Shown here in pieces: positions 52,326-64,000 of a DNA stretch of 64,000 nt. The stretch covers positions 57,970,001-58,034,000 of the forward strand of contig NC_043009.1 of the NCBI RefSeq assembly GCF_006345805.1. The letters run 5' to 3'. The stretch is from Octopus sinensis (taxonomy: Eukaryota). The notes under the pieces were generated by a model. It searched no databases. It worked only from the letters and a program-made list of their open reading frames with translations, and was not told the DNA's origin. How positions within the stretch are numbered: position 1 is the first letter of the stretch; every line of letters begins with the position of its first letter. The translations under genes were made by a program, and so were the position numbers.

Positions 52326-52394
52326 ATTATTATTTTATTATTATTATCAATATCATTATTATTATTATTATTATCATTATTATTATCAATATCC

Positions 52395-52430
<36 letters not shown>

Positions 52431-52454
52431 ATATCATTATTATTACTATTATTA

Positions 52455-52494
<40 letters not shown>

Positions 52495-52499
52495 CAATA

Positions 52500-52539
<40 letters not shown>

Positions 52540-52670
52540 AAATATCATTATTATTATTATTATTGTTATTAGTATTATTATCAATATTATAATTATTATT
52601 GTTGTCATTGTTTTTGTTGTTGTTGTTGTTGTTGCTGCTCCACCATCATCATGATCATTATCATTAGTAG
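52180..52670. repeat. (ATT)n tract
   Basis: Direct reading. Confidence 0.95.
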
Positions 52671-54119
52671 TACTTTCTTTCTCTTCGACGGACTGTAAGT
52701 TGAGACTACGTTCTATAAACTTCCTTCCACGTTATTTTTAATGTTATTATTATTGTTCAAGACATTTTCAAGAATAAACAGGTTTTAAAAAAGAAAAGAA
52801 AAAAAGCAAACTTTTCGTTATTTATCCTTCTCGTCTGCCGGCTGCAGGCAAACATTTTCTTTTCTTATTAAGAATTGTCAACGTGTTTGACGTTTAGAAG
52901 AAGAGGCGCAGTAGGAGGCATGTATGTCCACAGCGGCCGTAATAATTCTCATATTGCCATCCGCTTCTCAAATGAATTAGCGACTTTCTTCCGTAGGTTT
53001 TTTTCCTATAACTATATTAAGAAATCTGTTAGTATAACGAGAAGCGACAAACTCAACAAATACTGTGGTAGGATATAGCAATGAAGCAATAATCTGAAGG
53101 AATGGTTCTCCACCATTTTTTATCTATGGATCCGTTTGTATTCTGCTGGATGCCCATAGCATGTTTCAAGAAATTCTATTCTATTTTCATAATTAAATAC
53201 CATTAGGAATTGTATATGAAATTGTTAAAATTATTGTCAGCGTTGTAGAAGTACAGCTAGTTTATTACACAAAAGCATTAACAGCAAAATCTCACATGCC
53301 TCTCACACAACCCCGAGGGTCACATGAACCTCCAAGAGTGTTATGAACCCCGATTGAGAAAAACTGATTTAAATAATGACAGCAAAATTGAGAGCAACAC
53401 AACCTCTTCCATTTAGAATATCAAAAACAATAAAATATAAGATGAAAAGCTTTTGCCCTAAAAACAGGTTAAGAGCGACAATTATAGAGAAGTTTTCAGT
53501 TCTCAATTTTGAAAATACTCCTAATACTTTAAGTGATTTGGGCGTGTAAGTTAATGGAACTAAGGCACTGTCCACTCGTAGACAGAATGACATTATATGA
53601 TCCTCATTTATCGTCAGTACAGCAAGGTCAAAATTGCACCACGTAACTCATGTAAAATGAGAGCGTCTTGAAGAAGTGCCGCTAGACTAACCGCAGGCAA
53701 GTGAAATTAGATAACATAGCCATCAGCGGGACCAGAGCTTCCGAGTAACAATCACGTCGGATTATTCTGAAAGAACAAGTACACCACTTACGCCTCGGTC
53801 AATCAAACACTGCTGGATGGAGAGGGATTTTGGTACGGAAAATATCTGTATCAGCGCACACGTGAGTGTGTGGTATAATTCTTGCTTCCCGACTACATTA
53901 TTCCAGGTTCAGTCTCACTGCGTGGCAATTTAGGCGTCTTCTATAACAGCCTGTACAATATGCAATTAATAATGGAAGCAAATCCATATTGGATAAATCG
54001 AGCCTTTGTCACCAAGAAAAACAAAAACATGTCTTAAATTTCAGATTTTTGTTTTCTCATTGTTGACCTCGAGGTAAATAGGGAATCTATAACCATAATA
54101 ATAATTATTATTGCGGAGA

Positions 54120-54430
54120 TATATTGAATAGCAAGTGACCTGATCTGAGATCACGTGCTGGAACGAAAACAATTTCAACGTGGAAGGTGTTTATAAGCCA
54201 TTTAAGAAACACACAAAAACCGTTAGATTCAATTCAATATTTTAATTTTATTTGTCAATATATTTTTGTCGCTTTGAGAACGCGATCTGCAGCACGGAAT
54301 TTTGTCAGTGAACCGATTGCGGTCTCAAAGCAACGAAAATATTTTGACAAATAAAATTAAAATTTTGAAGTGAAACTAACGGTTTCTGTGTGTTTATTAA
54401 ATGGCTTATAAGCTCCTTCCGCGCTGCAAT
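54120..54430. mobile_element. Fold-back element with ~115-bp diverged inverted arms and a variant hammerhead-like motif
   Basis: Arms 54171-54286 and 54316-54430; motif at 54302-54350 (+). Confidence 0.6.
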
Positions 54431-54662
54431 AATTATTATATTGCGTTGGAAAATTACTTCGCAGAGTTTGTTCTGGCTCTTGAAGTGTTGAGTTCAACTT
54501 ACTCTGAGGCTGACTTTGTTTTCATCGCTTCGCAGTCGGTAAAATAATGAACCTTTTGTCTATAATGTGATCGATTAAACATCTCACCCTAAACTTGCAG
54601 GCTTAGTAACAAAGTTAGATTGTTGCATTTGTTGTTCTTCTCATTATTATTTCAGGTAGGAA

Positions 54663-55230
54663 GGCGGCTAGCTGGCAGAAACGAAATGCTTAGCGGTATT
54701 TCGTCTGTCTTTACGTTCTGAGTTCAAATTCCGCCGTGGTCGACTTTGCCTTTCATCCTTTCGGGGTCGATTAAATAAGTATCAGTTACGCACTGGTGTA
54801 GATATAATCGACTTAATCCGTTTGTCTTTCCTTGTTTGTTTTCTCTGTTTAGCCCCTTGTGGCCAATAAAGAAATAGGTATTTCTTCTGTCTTTACGTTC
54901 TGAGTTCAAATTCCGCCGAGGTCAACTTTGCCTTTTATCCTATCGGGTGGATAAGTTAAGTATCAGTTGCGTACTGGGGTCGATCTAATCGACTGATCCC
55001 CTCCCCCAAAAAATTTCGGGCCTTGTGCCTATAGTAAAAAAGATTATAATTTTAGGTAGGTTTAAGTCGGAGACATGGCAGAATCGTTAGCACTCCGGAC
55101 GAAATGCTTAGCGGTCGACACTGCATTTCATTCTTTCGGGGTCAACGAAATAAGTACAAATTGAGCACTGGGGTCAATGTAATTGACTAGTACCTCTCCC
55201 CCAAATTGTGACTATAGTAGAAAGGATTAC
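54663..55230 (+). mobile_element. SINE multimer (abundant family)
   Basis: Unit junction gaaataggtatttc near 54875; further decayed unit from 55075. Confidence 0.85.
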
Positions 55231-55575
55231 TTTAGGTAGGGGTTCGTCCGAGTGTCGCAAAAAATGTACAACGCTTTCGGGTCGAGGTCGATTTTGCCTT
55301 CAACACCTCTGCTCTGGCGTTAAATAAAACAAATTGCCAAATTACCGGAAAGATTCCAGTGTAATATACAGGCAACAGTCTAATCATCCCTCAATGCTCA
55401 TCCTTTTGTATTGAGTCTGAGTAAACTAAATATTTCGATACGTTTCACGTTTATTATCACTTAACTCATTACACATTCTGCATTTGGTTCATTTTCCTTG
55501 ACTCAATTTACTGATAGTTTCTGTTCATGAGCTGCGGAGAACTTTCCTTCAAGATATTCCTATTTAGCCATATTA

Positions 55576-55953
55576 GGAGGCACAATGGCCCAGTGGTTAG
55601 GGCAGCGGACTCGCAGTCGTAGGATCGCGGTTTCGATTCCCAGACCGAGCGTTGTGAGTGTTTATTGAGCGAAAACATCTAAAGCTCCACGAGGCTCCGG
55701 CAGGGATGGTGGTGATCCCTGCTGTACTCTTTCACCACAACTTTCTCTCACTCTTACTTCCTGTTTCTGTTGTACCTGTATTTCAAGGGCCGGCCTTGTC
55801 ACTCTCTGTGTCACGCTGAATATCCCCGAGAACTACGTTAAGGGTACACGTGTCTGTGGAGTGCTCAGCCACTTACACGTTAATTTCACGAGCAGGCTGT
55901 TCCGTTGATCGGATCAACCGGAACCCTCATCGTCGTAACCGACAGAGTGCTTC
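55576..55953 (+). mobile_element. Full-length tRNA-headed SINE, tail type a, with 12-bp TSD
   Basis: A box tggcccagtgg, B box ggtttcgattccc; atttagccatat at 55562-55573 and 55955-55966. Confidence 0.92.
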
Positions 55954-56803
55954 CATTTAGCCATATCCACCTATCCTTGTCATCGCTTATATGTTTGATA
56001 ATTTGGAAAACCTTAAGTGAGTCACATTTTCTTTCAAGTTTCATTTGCTCCTTTTCATATTTACTTTCCTTTTTGGGTCCTGCACATTCTGTAAATAACA
56101 CTTCATTTGTTATATCATTAAGGAGTGTTTCTCCTTATAGATAGGAAACTCAATTAATCTTCTCTAGTTCTATCTCCTCTGGGAATTCATTAATGTTCTT
56201 CCTTTCTCACCTCTTTTCCAGTATAATCGGTTAACAACTAATTGAAAGTAGCAGGATGATGTACAGAGGGAGCTACTTCCTCGTTTTCCTGTTGATGTCC
56301 TTCACATCATCCGATCTGCGTCCAATACTTCCTGCTCTATAGCTTACTTGTTTCATGCAGCCTGTTAGTTACAGCAGGACAATGGCTCGCAAATGTCATC
56401 TTACCCTCCAAAATACTAAAAGTATACAGGCCATATTAGGAAGTGTAGTAGTAGACGCATTACGCATGCGGAAGGAGTGTGCGGATGGTCGTAACCAGAA
56501 TAACTTTCGCCAAGTTGACCAGAGATGATTTGCGATTAAAGTATAATGACAAAAGCGGCCATTTTACTATACATTCTCAAGTATCTGATATTTCGCTCAA
56601 ACATTATAATAAAAGAAAACATTCCCATCCACAATAGACAAGAGATGCATGACTCTAACAGACTTATTTACCCTTGAATATATACGCTGGCAACCAGACC
56701 TAAACTAAACATTTATTTGTCTTTTTCTGTCTCCTGTTTCAGTTTCCATACATAAATAACTACACATACATTTACATACATAGCAACATACACCCATCCT
56801 CAA

Positions 56804-56841
<38 letters not shown>

Positions 56842-57004
56842 ATGTGTGTCTGTGTATGTACGCGTGCGTATATATATGCATAAATACATATACATATACG
56901 GACACACATGCACTGAGATCAGAGCAAATTTTAATCAACACTTTTCCTTGATAAGGAATTTCTAAAGCTAAAATGTAAATATAAATTAAGCGGGTATATT
57001 TTCC

Positions 57005-57074
<70 letters not shown>

Positions 57075-57127
57075 TGTGTGTGTCTGTGTGTCTGTGTGTC
57101 TGTGTATCTCTGTGTATGAGTGAGTGT

Positions 57128-57172
<45 letters not shown>

Positions 57173-57514
57173 TATATTTGTACATATACATGCATACACA
57201 TATATACACATATATACACATACATATGTAGACACTCACATACTGGCACATGCAGACAAACGTGCACACGCGCTCGTACTTACACACACATACATATTTA
57301 TTTATATATATATAGCCAGACATAGATATGTCAGTGTGTTTACATATATATGTAAACACATTTGTTTAATCTTCAGCGTTTCGCTTTTCCAATAAAATTT
57401 GCATATTTTTAGGAATTCAATTTTGTAGTTTAAGAAAAAATATTTTGCTTATTTATTAGTTAATCTTGCAGCCAAAAATAACAGCAGCAGCAGTAGCAGC
57501 AGAAGCAGCATTCG

Positions 57515-57545
<31 letters not shown>

Positions 57546-57734
57546 ATAAACAGTAAGAAGAACAAGAACGACAACAACAAAAACAAAAATTACATGTTCG
57601 TTTCTTGAAAGTGTACCTACAGCGCTACATCAACAGCCACATTTCCATTAACTGAAACATGTAGACTTATCATGAACAATATCATGAAAAACAAGCCACA
57701 TTCACAACGGATGCCACATTAACAACATGATTTA

Positions 57735-58260
<526 letters not shown>

Positions 58261-58270
58261 TTCATCATAA

Positions 58271-58830
58271 TGCTGAGCGGTATTTCGTCTGCCGTTACTT
58301 TCTGAGTTCAAATTCCGCCGAGGTCGACTTTGCCTTTCATCTTTTCGGGGTCGACTAAATAAGTACCATTTACGCACTGGGGTCCATCTAATCGATTTAT
58401 CCGTTTGTCTGTCCTTGTTTGTCCCCTCTGTGTTTAGCCCCTTGTGGGTAGTAAAGAAATAGGGGTTTCGTCTGCCGTTACGTTCTGAGTTCAAATTCCG
58501 CCGAGGTCGACTTTGCCTTTCATCCTTTCGGTGTCGACTAAATAAGTACCATTTACACACACTGGGGTCGATCTAATCGATTTATCCGTTTGTCTATCCT
58601 TGTTTGTCCCCTCAGTGTTTAGCCCCTTGTGGGTAGTAAAGAAATAGGAGTTTCGTCTGCCGTTACATTCTGAGTTCAAATTCCACTGAGGTTGACTTTG
58701 CCTTTCATCCTTTAGGGGTCATTTAATAAGTACCAGTTACGCACTGGGATGGATGTAATCGACTTAATCCCTTTATCTGTCCTCGTTTGTCTCTTCCATG
58801 TTTAGCCCCCTGTGGGCAATAAATATAAAA
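58271..58830 (+). mobile_element. SINE trimer, all units lacking the 5' head
   Basis: Junctions gaaataggggtttcgtc (~58460) and gaaataggagtttcgtc (~58645). Confidence 0.9.
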
Positions 58831-59530
58831 ATTATTTTCCTTGTTCTTGTGTCGCCTTCAGGTTAGATGTCAACCAGAAGAGCAAGCATCAAAGATCTTT
58901 CAACTGTGTCCATCTCCACTATTATTCGAACAGTGTAAATTACTCAACGTACATTATTCAATGTACCGTTCTCTTCAAAAGTCTGTAGGGTGTGGCATGT
59001 GGATGAGATTTTCTGTCGTTATTTCATGAATGCCACGATCATGTTTCCACGATTTCAATCTGACAGTGTCAAAGTCATGTAACCCATACGACAAATATAT
59101 ATTGGGGTTCAGATTAAAATCTTGAATTACACTTCTATGTTGATTCTGTTGGTGTGAACGATGAAGTGAATAGTCTTGAAATCATTTACAGCTCAGAGAT
59201 TATAAGAAATATTAGAATGGATACTCCTGACGATGGTGTCAAATTTGACTTTTAAATTGAAACGTAAACTTGTTAGAAAGGGGGTTAGAATTGAGGGCGT
59301 CACGGCATATCATTTGTAATCCAGTTTGTTATTTTCCGATGCAAATGCTGTCACACATACACTCACACAAACACACACACACCTACACACGCGCGCATAC
59401 GTACCAACACGTACATGTACAGAATGTGTTTTAATTTATATATTCATGATTAGTTTATATACACAAATACGCACGTATATATAGGCATACGTACATACAT
59501 GCATACAAACACATACATATATGTGTATAA

Positions 59531-59570
<40 letters not shown>

Positions 59571-59759
59571 ATTTATGATTAGGTAGGTTATATAATACCA
59601 CTTGCTGAAATCAGAGCCATTACTCCAAAAACCACCATAGAAATTGTGATAAAAATGCACGCGTGTGTATGTATGTATACATGTATATATATATGGGTGT
59701 TTGTGTCCATGTGTATGTTTATGCATATTCTTCGTTCGTGCGACAGCGGATCTAGCACC

Positions 59760-60110
59760 CTTCTTGGCAGATTTTTCAGATGTTGATTAGGAAAGAGAAG
59801 CACAAAACTGAAGTAGATCAAGGAAAAGAATGCACAGTGCTTTTTTGAAGGTGGAAAGAGAGAGAAAATGGGGCACGACATCAGGAGAAAGCTCAGAAAG
59901 AATGACCCAGTAGGAGATGAAGGCATATTGATGTTTTGGTGTGTGATTTATAGGAGAAACTACTTAAGTCATGCAGGCCTGGTCAGCCATCAAAGACGTC
60001 CCTTGTAAATTATGATACATCTACTTTTGACAAGAGAACATGTGCAACCTTTAGAAATGTGTGCCGCTCAGTTGGAGAATTAAAAAGACACCTCAAAAGA
60101 CTTAATACTA
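59760..60110 (+). mobile_element. Possible decayed RTE-type LINE 3' end
   Basis: CATFRNVCRSVGELKRHLKR resembles the terminal C..C....S..GL..H.R motif of RTE ORFs. Confidence 0.35.
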
Positions 60111-60293
60111 TGGCACCGGTTCCTTCTGCCAGCCAGTATAATTGTGCCTTATGTAATTAAATGTGGAAATATTTGACGGGGCTCAAGTGTCATATAACGC
60201 CCTGATTTTATTTTAGCAATGAGTAATTTCAATGTTTTCAAGCACTGGCTTTGACCGCAGGAAAAAAACTGAAACAAACAAATAAAAGAATAA

Positions 60294-60330
<37 letters not shown>

Positions 60331-60331
60331 G

Positions 60332-60459
<128 letters not shown>

Positions 60460-61323
60460 ATATTACACTCAGAGTGCCTCAAAGTGGGTGAGAGTCAAAA
60501 TTCTTGGTAAACATCTCAGCAACCAGCACACTGTGTCCTTCTGTCCAATCCATACGAATAACTTAAGTAAGATGATGTCATTAGCTACATGAAAAGACCA
60601 ACGCCTCAGCTCCAACTTCATGATGCGCGTCTTCAGGAAAAACATCTGTGAAGTCGGTTCCAGTTTCTTATCCTTTAAGGTGCAGAAATCTCCAAAATAA
60701 AATGCCTTATATTGCCTTTTCTTCTGTACGATGCTAGTGAAGCCTCATCTGTTTTTGAGTAATGATGATAGGTATAAGTGGAATGTGTCTATAAATATCC
60801 ACTTTGCCCATTTATGCATGCCATTATGTGTTGAGCCCTCACGTGAATCCTGTTGTATGTTGCATATATTGTGAAGAAAAGCTTACCATTTTTTCTTCAA
60901 CATCCAAGTTTAGCGTCCAAACGGGAAAAAATGGTTTGCCCGAATGATTTAAAGAAATCAACCGATCTATAAATATAATAAACGGTTCCCGTCCGTTTCG
61001 ACGTCGAATATTATATTTTAGGAGCAATTGGACTTACTAAATACTCCTTAAATTAATTTGTTGTCGATTGAGTAATTTTAAGACACACATACAATTAACG
61101 TAGTGTTTAAACATATACACACGCTCATAAACACACACTTGTCGACATACATACACATGCACACATATATATACACACAATTATGTATAGTCCTTGATTT
61201 GAAATTGAAATTAAGACAGTACGAGAGAAAGGTAGCAAAGTGTTCACATATTTAACATTTTTGTTTAGTAACTACTAAACTCTAATCATTTGTAGTAAAA
61301 TTTCATTCTTTGTAGAAATCGTC

Positions 61324-61745
61324 AGAAGTGGCTGTGTGGTGAGTAGTTTGCCTGCCAACCACATGGTTCCGGGTTCAGTCCCACTGCGTGGCATCTTCGG
61401 CAAGTGTCTTCTACTATAGCCTTGGGCCGACCAAAGCCTTGTGAGTGGATTTCGTGAACTGAAACTGAAAGAAGCCCGTCGTATATATGTATGTGTGTAT
61501 ATATATATATGTATGTATGTGTGTCTATGTTTGTGTCGGTGTTTCCCCCCCCCCACAACATCGCTTGACAACCGATGGTAGTGTGTTTACGTCCCCGTAA
61601 CTTAGCGGTTCGGCAAAACGGACCGATAGAATAAGTTCAAAGCTTGCAAAAAATAAGTCCTGTGGTCAATTTCCTCGACTAAAGGCGGTGCTTCAGCATG
61701 GCCGCAATCAAATGCCCGAAACAAGTAAAAGAGTAAAAGAGAGTA
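61324..61745 (+). mobile_element. Long CORE-type SINE
   Basis: Colinear with the copy at 23003. Confidence 0.88.
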
Positions 61746-61779
61746 AAAAAAGTAGTTAAGAGAATGATATAATCTGTGA

Positions 61780-61822
<43 letters not shown>

Positions 61823-62899
61823 GTAATAATAATAATATAATAATAATAATAATAATAACAAACCTTTATAGGAGAGAGACAATTCCTTAACGATGAACAT
61901 AATTTAAGTCTGGAGGAAATGCATGGAATGTGGTCTTTTCCTTTCTCCATTGAAGGTTCGTATTTTATAAATCGAGAGAAAATGAAAATCATTATTAGTG
62001 TTTACATACAAAATATTAGATATTTCCACCGGAACTCACCTTGTAAAAATGTTGCATAGCAGCCAATAATTTTAGTTTCAGCTACAACAATTTTAAACGC
62101 CATTTTGTGATATATTCTGTGAAGTGTAGACAATATGCATACATATTGACACACATACAAAGAAACGTATGTACACCCACAAGTGCGCGTGCAAACATAC
62201 AGATATACACTTACACGAAGGCATACAGTTGTATGTCAACAGTTACAATATACGAGTCGTTTCAAATAGAGATCAGCACAGAGCTGTATCCAGATTCTTC
62301 AGAGTATGAAATGTAACGATAACATTTTATTTCTATACTAAGAAAAAACTGGGTTCAGCTCTGTTAATCGTTAAATGAAATACATACAGAGACACACGAA
62401 CACTCACGTACAGACATCTACAGAAATATTTACCCAACATATATGTATGTATGTGAGGCATATAAGCGCCTTTCTGTGTCTATGAGTGTATGCATAAATC
62501 TATAGATATATGTGCGTTTTGTGTGTATGTATATTTATATATTTTTGCGTGATTGTGTGTGTGCGTGCTAGTGTGCTTGTGTGTGAGTGCTTGAATGTGT
62601 GCGGAATCGTGTGTTTACGTGTGTACGTGTGTCTGTGTATGTGTCTGTGTATGTGAGGGAGTTCGTGTACGTGTGTTTGTGTATATTTCTCAGTGTTTCG
62701 TTGCAGATGTGTGTAATGGAACGAAGAACATTTTCTAACGGTGTTTGCTCCAACCGGGAGCAGAATGTATCAGTGAAACCATGCAGAACCACCAGCATAC
62801 TACACACAGACAAACACCCATATCATATACACGCACTCACACACATAAACGCGTGTGTGCATATATATATATACACACACACACATATATATATATATC

Positions 62900-62940
<41 letters not shown>

Positions 62941-62968
62941 GTATATATACATGTAAACACCTGCATAC

Positions 62969-63070
<102 letters not shown>

Positions 63071-63519
63071 GCATCCTTTCTGTCGCGGGAGACAATGGAG
63101 TTGCGCATAAAGTAGTCTATATATACAAATATATATATATGTATATTTATACACACACATATATGTTTGCGTGTAGAGAGATATGGCGTTTTGCTTATGC
63201 ATGTGCGTTCTACTGTGTAAACGACTGTACTTACGATACAGTCATATATGTTCTTTGGCGACGGTTGGATGTAATGATCGTAATGAGCGTAGAGGTTGTG
63301 TACATGAGCAGGAATGATGTTGGTGGCACTGGTTTCAGTGATGGTCATTACGGTGGAGTTAGTATTACTGTTGGTGGTATGATAATGGCAAGACTCAGTA
63401 GTGGTGACGATGTGGCTTTGGCTACGGTGCTGTCTATGTCGTAGTTTATCAGTAATGACGTTGATGTGTTAATTTTTGTAGGAGATCGGGATAGCAGTAC
63501 TGGTGGTGGTAATAATGAT

Positions 63520-64000
63520 GTCATGGTGCTGGAAGTGGCAGTCGTCGTGCTGGTAGTAGCTGTGGTAGTAGAAGTGGTATTGTTATAAATGATGGTGATG
63601 ATGTTTGTGATGGTTGAATCGCAGATGAGTGGTTTGGTGTTGGTCGTGGTTATGGTGTTAAGGATTATTATAATGAATATTTTTGTTGTTGTTGTTGTAG
63701 GTGGTGGTGGTGGTGGTGGTGGAGGTAGTATTGTTGATGGCTTTCGTTGGGGGTAGTGATGTTGATATTAGCGCTGCGAGGAATATTGTGGCGATGGTGA
63801 TGGGGATAATGGTGGTCTTAGTGGAGATGGTGTTGCTCTATATTGTTGTTGGTATTGGTGGGGGTGGTGGTGAATAGTGGTGGTTGTATTGGTGGTGATG
63901 GTTGTGGTGGCCTTTGTGTTGGTGTTTTTGGTGGTGGCTGTGGTGGTGGTGGTGATTGTGTTGGTGTTTGTGTTGGAGTTTGTCATGGTTGTGGTGGTAG
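63520..64000. repeat. Degenerate (GGT/GTT/GAT) low-complexity tract
   Basis: Direct reading. Confidence 0.85.

Noticed and set aside
53710-53850. Open frame ending at cac|gtgagt
   Set aside because: An alternative frame (LDNIAISGTR...GWRGILVRK) looks like a decayed LINE APE domain, and the donor overlaps a SINE head.
55576-55650. tRNA gene-like sequences (also 35253, 46652, 47004)
   Set aside because: They have A/B boxes but no closing acceptor stem, and they continue into SINE bodies.
58271-58830. Regularly repeated ~185-bp units as a CRISPR-like array
   Set aside because: The units are SINE multimers with no unique spacers, in eukaryotic context without cas genes.
58860-59030. Good acceptor (ccttcag) followed by open frames
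   Set aside because: No recognisable protein and no convincing donor.
60490-60920. Possible RTE RT relic on the minus strand
   Set aside because: Only faint motif resemblance; not supportable without a translated search.

Overview
This is AT-rich eukaryotic genomic DNA, very probably from an octopod cephalopod. That assignment is an inference from the dense tRNA-derived SINE families and very long (AT)n/(AAT)n/(CAT)n/(TATC)n tracts; no database search was run. I cannot support any host protein-coding gene, rRNA, intact tRNA or CRISPR array, and almost all ORF-track entries are translated microsatellite or chance ORFs. The window is mostly mobile-element sequence. It holds one young 5'-truncated R4/Dong-type LINE (RT plus restriction-like endonuclease, only two lesions) in an (AAT)n tract, three more Dong-type endonuclease fragments, and decayed Penelope-like (PLE), Tx1/L1, RTE and mariner pieces. 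It also holds a TA-flanked MITE, a Helentron-like non-autonomous element and many SINEs with interchangeable heads and tails. The most interesting signal is at least seven minimal type-I hammerhead-ribozyme-like motifs, found by eye. Each has a different self-complementary stem III, and most lie in inverted-repeat structures. Three belong to one diverged, structurally conserved ~200-300 nt non-coding element family, and another pair sits in the tail of a tRNA-headed element. A 100-N assembly gap lies at 45896-45995. Coordinates of decayed elements are approximate.
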